From positions 67,521 through 131,520 of the IMG/VR virus record IMGVR_UViG_3300035517_000267: a stretch of DNA of 64,000 nt; one strand, given 5' to 3'. How positions within the stretch are numbered: position 1 is the first letter of the stretch; each line of letters opens with the position of its first letter. Below, one piece after another: positions 18,686 through 28,781 of the stretch. The translations under genes and the position numbers were made by a program. The DNA comes from a virus (lineage: Duplodnaviria; Heunggongvirae; Uroviricota; Caudoviricetes). The notes below the pieces were generated by a model. That model saw only the letters and a list, made by a program, of their open reading frames with translations, was not told the DNA's origin and did no database searches.

Positions 18686-19474
18686 GTCAATGAATATAAA
18701 TTCCTTAGAATAAGGTAAAGATTGAGCAAATGAAATGAAATCTTTTGACCATTCTGTTAACTTGTGTTTTTGACGCTGATGTACCATAGAAAGAAGATTC
18801 TCATAATTCATAGTAATTGTACGAGTTTGAAGCCAGCTCATAGGCAACCATCTCACAAGCTCTTTCCAATACTTTTTCGCTTCAATAGGATTTTCGTCTT
18901 TAAGAAGTAAATATTTTTGACGAAGTTGTTCCAAGTCATTAATAAAATTGTCAACTCTAATCCCTACATTTATATCATCTATTAAAGGAAGTTCATTGTT
19001 ATAATTAGTAGTTTCAAAACAATCAATTGTAATAGGCTTAGAAGTAAGCTTGTGCATAGTTGAAGTACTATTAGCCACGGTGCCTATTTTATAGGTACTT
19101 GCTTCTTTCCACCAGTAAATTGGTGCTGTGATGTCAACAGTCACGAATATTTGTCTCAAAAACTTACGATGTTCACTACCAGCATTTATGAGATTTTGCG
19201 CTAACTTCATATCCTTTGGACCGATCGCCGCAAACTCCCAAATATCTTTATCATGGTGAAGAAGAATATTTTTCTCAATAGCCGCATAATCTTCATTGGT
19301 CATAGGAACATCTTCTCCATGATACGCAATCCACATTTCAGAAACAATATCAGGAATAGAATTGTATAAGCACATCCCAAAATTGCTATCGCTTAGATGC
19401 CAACTATTTTTAGGATTGCGCATACCCCGAAGAGCGTGTTCAAAATTATAGACTCTAATATTCTCAAATTTCAT
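18677..19474 (-). CDS. hypothetical protein
   Basis: 265-aa ORF, no recognisable motif. Confidence 0.4.
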   Translation of the reverse strand: MKFENIRVYNFEHALRGMRNPKNSWHLSDSNFGMCLYNSIPDIVSEMWIAYHGEDVPMTNEDYAAIEKNILLHHDKDIWEFAAIGPKDMKLAQNLINAGSEHRKFLRQIFVTVDITAPIYWWKEASTYKIGTVANSTSTMHKLTSKPITIDCFETTNYNNELPLIDDINVGIRVDNFINDLEQLRQKYLLLKDENPIEAKKYWKELVRWLPMSWLQTRTITMNYENLLSMVHQRQKHKLTEWSKDFISFAQSLPYSKEFIFIDKN

Positions 19475-19477
19475 TTA

Positions 19478-19753
19478 TTATTCTCCATCACTCAAAGTAT
19501 AGCCAATAAGTTTATCATGAAAAGCAGCAACAAATGCTTCAAGATCATCAACCACAATAAACCTTTCGGGGTCACAATTACCTACCGCATAGTCCCAATA
19601 AGAAACAAAGTCTATCCCCATAATTCCATATACCATTGATTTTTGTTTCATGCCGGCAGGGTTTCCGCACACAAATATAGCATCTTTTTCCTTGGCAAAT
19701 TCCATTAACTTACGAGTTTTCCCGCTACTGCGTGTTCCGATTATTCGCTCCAT
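19478..19753 (-). CDS. small P-loop protein
   Basis: GTRSSGKTR Walker A-like motif. Confidence 0.35.
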   Translation of the reverse strand: MERIIGTRSSGKTRKLMEFAKEKDAIFVCGNPAGMKQKSMVYGIMGIDFVSYWDYAVGNCDPERFIVVDDLEAFVAAFHDKLIGYTLSDGE

Positions 19754-19754
19754 T

Positions 19755-20681
19755 TCACGCGCCTCCCGATGTTTTATTCATACCGCTTTGTTTTGTATCA
19801 TACAAATCTATATAATAAATTTCACGCTCATTAAGTTTATCTCTGGAAATTTCTTCCAAAACCTCAAAAGTAAAATTATTTAATCCATCTTTTTTCATAG
19901 CTTGGTAAAGTTTATTCGTAGCAGGAGCAGAAGATAAACCAGCCTTGATGTGTTGCCTAAACCTCTCTCGTATATCGACCGACTGACCAATATAAGATTG
20001 TCCACTAATTAAATCTGTTATTTTATATATACCAATTATCTTTCCACTTGTTTTAAACAAATGAGACATTAAGGTATCATAAGCAGTTTTATAATATACA
20101 TCCCAAATTAGTTTATCTATAGCTTCTTTATGGCATAGTCTTTTTTGCAAATCTCTTAATAAAGTTATATCATTAATATCTTCATCGCATATAGGCAATT
20201 TATAATAACTTTCATTAGCTTTTATTTCTTCTTCTCTTTTCTTTGCCTGAATATAAGCCAATTGCTTAGCTTTTAAATCTTCAACTTTTGCTTCTTCTTC
20301 TACAACTTTATTAAGACAATCTTGCAATCTTTCTTTATATTTTTTATTAAGTGACTGATATTCTTCATCAAGCGCGGCGACCGACGCCTCATAGGCTTCT
20401 TGAGCTTGCTTTATAGCGCCCTCCCGCATATCTTCTGCGGCTTTAGATAAAGAATTTAATATATTAGCTTGTGCCTCTACAGAATCTTTTACTTCATCAA
20501 GCTTTTGTTTGTCCTAATCTATTTCGGTTAAGAGCTGACTATGTTGTTGCTCTAAAAAATCATTTTCTTCTGCTATCTCTACATTAACTTTAATTATTTC
20601 TTGCTTAGTTTGTCTAAGCTTAATTACATAATATAAGAGAAAAACACTAATAAAAATTAAAAAAATAGTTACAAATATCAT
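19755..20681 (-). CDS. membrane-anchored coiled-coil protein with a C-terminal GIY-YIG nuclease domain; one in-frame TAG at about 20514
   Basis: C-terminal IIGIYKITDLISGQSYIGQS... GGA is a GIY-YIG domain. An upstream ATG at about 20681 opens a transmembrane helix in the same frame, interrupted only by the TAG. Confidence 0.45.
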
Positions 20682-20690
20682 AAGTTTAAA

Positions 20691-20716
20691 AAAGGGGCTA
20701 GAAAAACTAGCCCCAT
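20691..20716 (-). terminator. rho-independent terminator
   Basis: ggggctagaaaaactagcccc hairpin. Confidence 0.55.
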
Positions 20717-20720
20717 GTTA

Positions 20721-20996
20721 TTACTCTTCTGCCTTCTCAGCGGGAGCATCCGGGTCAACCGTCATGCCCAGCTCAGTCAGACGAAGGAACTTAATCTTCT
20801 GATGCGAGCCATCTGCCAGCTCGATCTCCTTCTCCTCGCGATAACCCCAATCCTTCTTGACAAAGGAAGTAAAGCTACCATTAACCTTGCGGGTATCAAA
20901 ACCCAGCTCCTCAGCGACGCTAATCGCGGTAATATCCTCTCCGTTATGCTTACGGATGTACTCAAAAATTGTCTTAGTATCGGGCTTCATTGCCAT
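20721..20996 (-). CDS. hypothetical protein in a GC-rich patch
   Basis: 91-aa ORF; a strong hairpin terminator lies downstream at 20691-20716. Confidence 0.4.
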   Translation of the reverse strand: MAMKPDTKTIFEYIRKHNGEDITAISVAEELGFDTRKVNGSFTSFVKKDWGYREEKEIELADGSHQKIKFLRLTELGMTVDPDAPAEKAEE

Positions 20997-21450
20997 TGTT
21001 AATTTTCTCCTTTAAATAATTGTTGTTGTATTATTTCATCTATTTCTAAAAACAGATTCATCCCATCTTTTAAAGCTAGAATTTGATTAGTTAACTAAAT
21101 TATTCTATTTTCGGCTTGAGATTTTTCCTCTTTTGTACTGGTTTCGCTTTGATGAATCAATTCGCATTTATACATTTCCTATGCGTATTTCTTCATTTGC
21201 TTTCTGGTCATTTCAAAAAACAACCTTTCCTTATTGATTACAAGTATATTATAGCAAAAAATTTTTTTAAAGTCAATCAATCTTCTCTTATAATCATTTG
21301 CGCAATTTGTTCTCTTGGAATATAGAAATCACAAGTTTCTGTTTTGCTTTTTATGGTAAGCCAGTTTCCGCCCGCCATCAAATTAATATCATAATCGTCA
21401 TAAGAATAAGTTCCACGCGAACCATCTATATAATCTACTTTAGCGTACAT

Positions 21451-23400
21451 TTAACCAAACTCCTTTATAAAACCTTCCTCTGTAATTATAGGCACATTAA
21501 GTTTTTTCGCGGTTGCATTTTTACTAGTGGTTGAATTAATATCGTTATTTATAAGATAGTTTGTTTTACTAGTTACGCTGTTTGTAACTTTTCCGCCACG
21601 TTCTTCAATCCAAGCTTTGAAGTCATCTCTTTTCTTAAATTGCTGTAACTTACCGGTTATGCAAATTGTCAACCCATCGCACGAATGCTGAACACTATTA
21701 AGCGTGACTTCCGCGATATTAAGCAAAGGATAAATCTTGTCCGCTTCTGTATAATCATAATTCCATATTGCATCTGTTTTTGCGCCTGCGAATCCATCAT
21801 ATTCAGAAAAATTAAATTTATTATCTACTTTTTCCCGAAAATCTTCATAAGAGTTAATGTGTTTGCAAAGTTCTTTAGCTACAGTTCTTCCTATCAGAGG
21901 TATTCCTAAACTAGAAATAAAAGATTCAAGAGTTGTATTTTTTGCGGCTTCAATAGAATTAAGAATATTAGTTACAGATTTTACTCCAAAACCAGGCTTT
22001 AAAATCCATTCATCTTTATGATTAACAAGAGTAAAGATGTCTGAAATATTTTCAATCCAATCCCAGCTAATTAGCTTTTCAAGGGTGGCTTTTGATAATC
22101 CTTTGATTTTAAGTCCTTTAATCCCGGCAAAATGATCAAGAATATTTATAAGTTTTCCATCACAAGTAGGATTACTGCAAACAAGATTGGCAGTCCCAGA
22201 ATCAAAAATTTCTATTTCGGTAGCTTCACCGCAAATAGGACAAACAGATGGAATGGAAAGTTGAAGTTCTGCGGACTCTTGCTTATCTGCGCTACTAATC
22301 TGTGGTATAATCGCATTAGCCTTATATACTTGCAGCTTTTCTCCTACATAAGGATGTTCTCCAAGAAGGTCAATCATCGTATTAATATTAAACATATTCG
22401 CCCTATTAACCATGCTCCCATCCATCTCTATTTCTTTAAAGATTGCTACGGGAGTAAGCTGCCCAGTTCTACCCATTGACCATTCTATATCTTGAAGCTC
22501 GGTTTCATAAGTCTCATCATAAAACTTGAACGCATAGGCGGCGTTGGCATGATGTGCTGTTGAGCCAAGACTTGTACCATAATCAATATCGTCAAATCGT
22601 CCAACAAGACCATCAATGGGATAACCCAATTTCTTGGCTTCATTCTGAAGAAATTCTTTAGCATCATCACACAGAGAAGAAGCCCAAGGAACGATAGTAA
22701 AACCAAGCTTTAAAAGATCTTGAAGTTTGTCAATAAAACTATTTCCTTCTAACCCCTCAACTACATTCCAAGCCACAAAGGTTAAATTACGCTTGGCACA
22801 TTCTTCAGATTCAAGAAGCCTAATACTGCCTGAGGCAAAATTTCTGGGGTTTTTGTACTCGATAGAGAAAGGTTCAAAGTCTTGATATCGGCAAATTACT
22901 TCTCCATCAATTACCAATCTCTCTTGATAGCTAATTTTTTTAGGAATAGATTTAATAATTCTTGCATTATGAAGAATGGCTTCGCCAATTTCACCATTCC
23001 CGCGCGTCTCCGCAGACACTAATACTCCATTTTCATAGGTAAGACAGCAAGTTAAACCATCCATCTTGAGCATTAAATCTACAGCTTTATTTCCAAAATA
23101 TCTTACAAACTCATTCCAATCTTTTGTCTTGTCGAGTGATAACATATCATGGTTATGTTTTACTTTTTCAAGTTTTGTAACTACTTCATATGTAATTTTT
23201 TGAGTAGGAGAATCTTCCATTGTGATTCCAGACTCTTGCTCCAAGTTTTTTAATTCAAAATAAGCCCTATCCCATTCTTCATCCGTTACTATCGGAGTTC
23301 CTTTATCATATTCTTTAGTCCAATTATTAAGATCGCGAATCAAAGTCTGTATTTTCTCACGCTGCTGGTCGCGCAGCCAGTCTTTCATTTCATTACTCAT
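21451..23400 (-). CDS. ligA: NAD-dependent DNA ligase
   Basis: KMDGLT adenylation motif (KxDG), a Cys4 zinc finger (CPICGE...CSNPTC), HhH repeats and a C-terminal BRCT-like region. Confidence 0.85.
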   Translation of the reverse strand: MSNEMKDWLRDQQREKIQTLIRDLNNWTKEYDKGTPIVTDEEWDRAYFELKNLEQESGITMEDSPTQKITYEVVTKLEKVKHNHDMLSLDKTKDWNEFVRYFGNKAVDLMLKMDGLTCCLTYENGVLVSAETRGNGEIGEAILHNARIIKSIPKKISYQERLVIDGEVICRYQDFEPFSIEYKNPRNFASGSIRLLESEECAKRNLTFVAWNVVEGLEGNSFIDKLQDLLKLGFTIVPWASSLCDDAKEFLQNEAKKLGYPIDGLVGRFDDIDYGTSLGSTAHHANAAYAFKFYDETYETELQDIEWSMGRTGQLTPVAIFKEIEMDGSMVNRANMFNINTMIDLLGEHPYVGEKLQVYKANAIIPQISSADKQESAELQLSIPSVCPICGEATEIEIFDSGTANLVCSNPTCDGKLINILDHFAGIKGLKIKGLSKATLEKLISWDWIENISDIFTLVNHKDEWILKPGFGVKSVTNILNSIEAAKNTTLESFISSLGIPLIGRTVAKELCKHINSYEDFREKVDNKFNFSEYDGFAGAKTDAIWNYDYTEADKIYPLLNIAEVTLNSVQHSCDGLTICITGKLQQFKKRDDFKAWIEERGGKVTNSVTSKTNYLINNDINSTTSKNATAKKLNVPIITEEGFIKEFG

Positions 23401-23420
23401 ATCTTTACCCTCTCTATTTT

Positions 23421-23463
23421 TACTTATATATATTATATAATATTTTTATTAAAAAGTAAAAAG
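23421..23463 (-). promoter_or_regulatory. conserved promoter copy
   Basis: Plus strand tacttatatatattatataatatttttattaaaaagtaaaaag. Confidence 0.6.
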
Positions 23464-23492
23464 AGGGTGGAAAACCCCACCCTCTAGTTTTT
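23464..23492 (-). terminator. rho-independent terminator
   Basis: agggtggaaaaccccaccct hairpin with a T-run on the minus strand. Confidence 0.6.
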
Positions 23493-25867
23493 TATATTTT
23501 TGTTATAGTTATTATTTCTGAATTATTTTTTAACATTATATTACCAAGAGAGACTCTGCTAAGTAAAGGAATATTCTTACAACTTACAACAATGGAAGAT
23601 TTATTTCCTGAAATAAGAATATTGTCCTCATCATTTACTATTGTGGCGCCCGCTATTTCTTCTTTATGGCAAGTTAATCCCTTTCCGCCTCTAGCTTGGA
23701 CAGTAAACTCTTCCAGCTTTATTTTCTTCCCAAGACAATTCTTAGAAACAAGAGTAAGATAGTCTGCGGGATTGGCGATAGGTAGAGCCGCTATAACTTG
23801 GTCATCTTTTGCGAGATTAATACCTTTTACTCCTTGAGCCGTGCGTGAAGACGTCGGCACACCGGCTGCTGCAAATCTTATACTCATTCCATTTTTGGTT
23901 ATAAGCATTATTTCTTCTTGGTCGATAAAAGTTATATCTGCCAGGCTATCTCCATCTTTTAGTGTAATTGCAATAACACCTTTATTCCGTTTAGTTTTGT
24001 CATATTCACTCAAAGGAACTTTCTTTACTATACCATTTTTAGTAGCAAAGAATATAAATTTCTTAGTTGTATCTCTAGTCAAAGTGGTAAAAGCGATAGG
24101 AACTTCATTATTTTCAAATTCAATTAAACTGCCAAGAATTGTATTGGTGCCTTCAGGAATATTATCAACAAGAATCTTATACATTTTGCCCTTGGAAGTA
24201 AATATCATAAGATAATCTTGAGTATTAGTAGAAGTAGAAAACTTAGCTATTTCACCATTTGTTTTTACTCCTATAGTATTGCGTCTCTGCGGTTTAAAAT
24301 TCTTCTTTGCAATACGCTTTACCTGATTCTTACTATTGATAATAACGACGCAATCTTCTGGTTCAGCCACGATAATTTCTTTCTCGGCTTTAGGTAGTTC
24401 AATGTTTAAAAGCTTTGTGCGTCGCTCGTCACCATAGGTATCCCGCAATTTCTTAACTTTATTAATAAGTTCATTATTTCTTGTCTCTTGATTTGTCAAA
24501 ATGTTAATACAATAAGCAATGAACTCTTTCTTTTCTTTAAGCTCGTTAATAAGTTCTTCTTTATCAATCTTGGTTAATTTACCAAGCTTCATATCAAGAA
24601 TTGCAGTAGCTTGAATATCATCAATAGAAAGAAAGTCAATCAACTTTTCTTTTGCCTCTGCTTTACTTGCGGAAGCCTTGATTAATGAGATTACTCCATC
24701 AATCTTGTCTACTGCAGCAATCAAACCTTCAAGAATATGAGCACGAGCTTCTGCTTTTGCTTTATCATACTCCGTTGCTTTAATAAGTACATTCTCTTGA
24801 TGCTGAACATAAGCTTTAATTAAATCAACCATAGAACAAAGCTTCGGAGTACCATTTACAATATAGTTCATATTGTAGGATAAAGTAGTTTGAAGGTCAG
24901 TTAAAGTAAACAGCTTATTAAGAGCTTTAGAAACAGAAACTCCATCTTTTACGTGGAAGACAAGCTTATTTTGTCCCACGTTAGATTCATCATCAAAATC
25001 ATCAATAACTTCCTCTAGCGTTTCAATATTTTTCTCAATCTGCTCTTTAATCTTATTTCTATAGGTACGGTAAGGGATGGTTGTAAAGATTATCTTTTGT
25101 CCATCAACTTCATAATCACCTTGAATTTTAAGAGACACAGAAGACTTACCTGTTTCAAATGCTTTAGCAATGTCTTTAGAGTTGAGAACCTTGTTGCCTA
25201 GAGGAAAATCAGGACCCTTAATATATTCCATAATCTCGCTTGTTGTGAGAGAACCTTTCTCGATGAAAGCAATAATCGCGTTGCAAACCTCTGTTAGGTT
25301 ATGTGGTGCGCTATTATGAGCCATGCTAACTCCAATTGCCTGTCTACCATTGCAGATTGCATTGGGAAAGAGAGAAGGTAGAACAACAGGTTCCATAAAT
25401 TCTCCGTTGTATGTCTCTTTAAAAGGAACGACATCTTTCTTAAAATCGTTCATCATTAAGTCTGTATAAATACTAGGCTTGGCTTCAGTGTATCTTGAGC
25501 TCGCTTTCATGTCATTATTTTCTTGAGTGCCAAGAGAGCCTTGCCCATGAATAAGAGGATATCGCATAAGATACTCTTGAGACATCTTACAAAGAACTCC
25601 ATAACAAGAAGCGTCGCCATGAAAATAAGAGGTAATTAGCGTTGAACCGACAATACCTTGGCACTTTCTAGTCTTGCTTTTGCTATCCATTTTAAGATAA
25701 TCTTCCATCGTCCAAAGAATTTTGCGCTGAGCGCTTAAAAGACCATCTTCAGCGGCAGGAATTGCGCGGTCAGTCAAGACCTCCTCGGCATAGACCAAGA
25801 AATTTTCCTTTGCTTCATCAAGAATATCAACTTCTGTAATCATATTTTCATTCGCCATTATTCTCAC
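23492..25867 (-). CDS. type IIA topoisomerase subunit A (GyrA/ParC-like)
   Basis: AIPAAEDGLLSAQRKILW and SSRYTEAKP (active-site Tyr region). Confidence 0.8.
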   Translation of the reverse strand: MRIMANENMITEVDILDEAKENFLVYAEEVLTDRAIPAAEDGLLSAQRKILWTMEDYLKMDSKSKTRKCQGIVGSTLITSYFHGDASCYGVLCKMSQEYLMRYPLIHGQGSLGTQENNDMKASSRYTEAKPSIYTDLMMNDFKKDVVPFKETYNGEFMEPVVLPSLFPNAICNGRQAIGVSMAHNSAPHNLTEVCNAIIAFIEKGSLTTSEIMEYIKGPDFPLGNKVLNSKDIAKAFETGKSSVSLKIQGDYEVDGQKIIFTTIPYRTYRNKIKEQIEKNIETLEEVIDDFDDESNVGQNKLVFHVKDGVSVSKALNKLFTLTDLQTTLSYNMNYIVNGTPKLCSMVDLIKAYVQHQENVLIKATEYDKAKAEARAHILEGLIAAVDKIDGVISLIKASASKAEAKEKLIDFLSIDDIQATAILDMKLGKLTKIDKEELINELKEKKEFIAYCINILTNQETRNNELINKVKKLRDTYGDERRTKLLNIELPKAEKEIIVAEPEDCVVIINSKNQVKRIAKKNFKPQRRNTIGVKTNGEIAKFSTSTNTQDYLMIFTSKGKMYKILVDNIPEGTNTILGSLIEFENNEVPIAFTTLTRDTTKKFIFFATKNGIVKKVPLSEYDKTKRNKGVIAITLKDGDSLADITFIDQEEIMLITKNGMSIRFAAAGVPTSSRTAQGVKGINLAKDDQVIAALPIANPADYLTLVSKNCLGKKIKLEEFTVQARGGKGLTCHKEEIAGATIVNDEDNILISGNKSSIVVSCKNIPLLSRVSLGNIMLKNNSEIITITKI

Positions 25868-25872
25868 CTCTA

Positions 25873-27774
25873 TTAGTCAAAATTAAAGCCAAGTCTTGTA
25901 GCATTATCATAGATATATTGCTTACGAGGCTCTACGTTACTTCCCATAAGTGTTTCAAGAAGCTCCTCAGTTTTCTTAGCATCACTCACGGTAATACGCT
26001 TATATCGTTCATTCTCAAAGCACACTTTCTGCAAGTCTGCAGGGTCTAATTCTCCAAGCCCTTTTGCGCGTAAGAGGTCGAATGAATTCGTCTTATGTTC
26101 TTGCTTCCATGCTTCCAATTCTTCGTCTGAATAGCAATAATACTCTTTATTCTTACAACGAATGATATAAAGAGGGGTTACAGCTCGATAAAGTTTACCA
26201 GCTTCCACGAGAGGACGCATATAAGTAAAGAAAAATGTAGTAAGCAAAAGCTCAATACTCATTCCATCAGAATCTTGGTCGCTAGTAATTACAATCTTGT
26301 TAAAGTTCATTTTATTCACGTCAAAATCTTTTCCAAAACCTGCTCCAATAACGCGAATAATATCACTCATTTCTTGATTAGCCAAGATTTTATCTACACT
26401 GGTCTTGAGAGGAGAGATTGTTTTCCCTTTCAACATATAAATACAGTCTGTTTTTGGATTACGGGCTTCCACTGCTGAAGATCCTGCACTCAAGCCTTCT
26501 ACAAGCAATAGGTTACGTTGATTGGCAGACTTATTCGTACAATCAATAAACTTATCGCTAAGTTGCATTTTAGCTTTAAGACCAGATTCTTTCTTGCCCT
26601 TAATACCTCTTGCGGAATCCCTAGCACGACGCGCCGCCTCTCTAGCTTTACGCGCGTTAAGCGCCTTGTCCGCAATCTTCTTTACATCTTTAGGGTGAAT
26701 AGAAAAGTATTCTTTAAGAGCAGAAGTAGAGAGTTTTTGAACATATGTTCTGCCTTCTGAGGAACTAAGTTCCTCTTTATTTTGCCCTTTAAATACAGGG
26801 TCAATCATCTTAAAGTTAATAATTAAGATTTGTCCTTCTTCGATATCAGACCCGGCAAGATTGACATCCTTCTCTTTGAGCCATCCTTGTTCTCTCATAA
26901 AATTATTAAAAGTAGAGGTTAAAGCGGTTTTGAAGCCAGTTAAATGAGTTCCTTTTTCTTGAGGAATATTGTTTGTATAAAGTCTTACAATGCTTCCATA
27001 ATCAGAAGTATAAGCCATTGCAACTTCAACTTGAAAAAATCCATCTCGCTCTGTAAAATAAATTGGCTCGCAAATAAGTTGCTTTCCTTTTGATAGATAG
27101 TTAATATAATCATAAAGTCCTTGCTCAGAATAGTAAGTTTTTTCAATACCTTTTATCTCGTCAATAAAATTAAACCTAAGTCCTGTGCATAAAAAGCTAA
27201 ATTCTTGAAGCATTTCTTGGAGCTTTTCACTATCAAAAATCACAGTTTCAAAAATCGTATCGTCGGGATAAAAAAGAACTTCAACACCCATGTCGGCACT
27301 TTTCTCTTCCTTGGACGATACAAACTGACCTTTTGAAAATTCTACAGTCTCTTTGATTCCTTCTCTTGATGTAGAAACAATCATCTTTTTAGAAAGGGCA
27401 TTAACGGCTTTACCACCAGTGCCATGCTCACCACCACTGGTATTGTAACCAGTTTGACCAGTTGCATTATCAAATTTGCCACCAGTATTTGCGATACCAT
27501 AACAAGCTTGAAGCAAACTACAACCGCTTTCATGTTTGCCATGGGGAATACCTCTACCATTATCCTTAATAAGAATTCCACCATCTTTTTGAAGTTTTAC
27601 AAGAATTTCTGAACCTGCTCCGTTGAGATATTCATCAATACTATTAGAAATTATTTCTTTAGCACAATGGTGTAATCCCTTAAGATCTTTAGAACCAATA
27701 TACATACCAGGATATTGCCTAATATGTTCAAAATAATCAAGCGTTTTAATACTTGAAGCATTATAATCAGTCAT
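25873..27774 (-). CDS. type IIA topoisomerase subunit B (GyrB/ParE-like)
   Basis: GHKL ATPase motifs (HHCAKEIISNSIDE, KDNGRGIP) and a TOPRIM motif LLVEGLSAGSSA. Confidence 0.8.
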   Translation of the reverse strand: MTDYNASSIKTLDYFEHIRQYPGMYIGSKDLKGLHHCAKEIISNSIDEYLNGAGSEILVKLQKDGGILIKDNGRGIPHGKHESGCSLLQACYGIANTGGKFDNATGQTGYNTSGGEHGTGGKAVNALSKKMIVSTSREGIKETVEFSKGQFVSSKEEKSADMGVEVLFYPDDTIFETVIFDSEKLQEMLQEFSFLCTGLRFNFIDEIKGIEKTYYSEQGLYDYINYLSKGKQLICEPIYFTERDGFFQVEVAMAYTSDYGSIVRLYTNNIPQEKGTHLTGFKTALTSTFNNFMREQGWLKEKDVNLAGSDIEEGQILIINFKMIDPVFKGQNKEELSSSEGRTYVQKLSTSALKEYFSIHPKDVKKIADKALNARKAREAARRARDSARGIKGKKESGLKAKMQLSDKFIDCTNKSANQRNLLLVEGLSAGSSAVEARNPKTDCIYMLKGKTISPLKTSVDKILANQEMSDIIRVIGAGFGKDFDVNKMNFNKIVITSDQDSDGMSIELLLTTFFFTYMRPLVEAGKLYRAVTPLYIIRCKNKEYYCYSDEELEAWKQEHKTNSFDLLRAKGLGELDPADLQKVCFENERYKRITVSDAKKTEELLETLMGSNVEPRKQYIYDNATRLGFNFD

Positions 27775-27799
27775 TAATTTTCTGCCTTTCTCTTTTTTA

Positions 27800-27836
27800 T
27801 TTCTATGTATATTATATCATATTTTAAAAACAAATG
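27800..27836 (-). promoter_or_regulatory. conserved promoter copy
   Basis: Plus strand tttctatgtatattatatcatattttaaaaac. Confidence 0.55.
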
Positions 27837-27877
27837 CAATCAAAAAACAAAAAAGAGATTAATGATTACTCGAACCA

Positions 27878-28384
27878 TTAATCTCCCTGTATGATTTCTT
27901 CAGGCTTAATTTGACCCGTTGCTAATTTATCCGCTAACTCATTCCAAATATTTCCATTATGACCTTTAACATAATATAATTCAATATGCTTATTATTAAA
28001 GCTAGTTAAAATATCATATTTCTGAATTAAGTCTAAATTCTCAAGCGGCGCCCCTCCCGCACGAGTCCATCCATTGCGTTTCCACCCCTTAATCCACTTG
28101 GTAAAGCTATTAACACAATACATAGAATCACTATAAACAAGAGGATAAGGAAATGAATTGGAAGGACTTCCATAATTTTCCAGCGCCCAGAGTATTGCAC
28201 TCATTTCCATTCTATTATTAGTTGTACCTTCTGCGCGCTCCGCATATGCAGCTATTAACTTATACTCTTCTGGCTTTTGCTGTAAATTGCCCTCGCATAC
28301 TACAACTCCAAAACCGCCAACCGCATTTTTAGAACCATTTTTTAAAGTAGAACCATCTGTATATATAATAATTATTTTTTTCAC
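27878..28384 (-). CDS. rnhA: ribonuclease HI
   Basis: IYTDGS, NNRMEMSA and YVKGHNGNIWNELADKLA RNase H motifs. Confidence 0.8.
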   Translation of the reverse strand: MKKIIIIYTDGSTLKNGSKNAVGGFGVVVCEGNLQQKPEEYKLIAAYAERAEGTTNNRMEMSAILWALENYGSPSNSFPYPLVYSDSMYCVNSFTKWIKGWKRNGWTRAGGAPLENLDLIQKYDILTSFNNKHIELYYVKGHNGNIWNELADKLATGQIKPEEIIQGD

Positions 28385-28466
28385 CTTCTTTTTTTATTTA
28401 TTATAACATATTATAGATAAAAAGAAAAAGGGATTAATAGTAAAAACTACTAATCCCTTGTAATTA

Positions 28467-28781
28467 TTAAATACCTTCATCAAGATTTATGTTATCATTC
28501 TCTAGCTATTTCATTGCCATGTCATAAGTAATTCCACCTTGCGAATGATCGCTTTTTGCCATATTAAGATAAAACGAGCAAATAGTACCATAGGCACTCC
28601 AAGGTAGTCCTACTAAAGAAGTAATCCATGCTAAAGTACCAATATAACCTCGATAAACGCAGAAAAAAGCAAGTAATATTCCAGATAAAGTAACTATCCA
28701 AAGTAAAAGCCTTATATCTCGAATAATTTTCTTAGAATAATCAAGGCTTTCTATCTAATCTTTTACTTTTGCTTTTTTCAT
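28467..28781 (-). CDS. holin-like two-TM protein with in-frame TAG codons
   Basis: The ATG overlaps the amidase TGA stop (ATGA). Sequence MKKAKVKD[TAG]IESL... with two hydrophobic helices, then a second TAG 12 codons before TAA. It does not appear in the ORF track because the TAG at codon 9 splits it. Confidence 0.45.

Noticed and set aside
20715-21002. Plus-strand 95-aa ORF, and a minus-strand ORF at 20777-20965, overlapping the 20721-20996 gene.
   Set aside because: Overlap the annotated minus-strand ORF in a GC-rich patch; no ribosome-binding site. One frame is real and the others are shadows.
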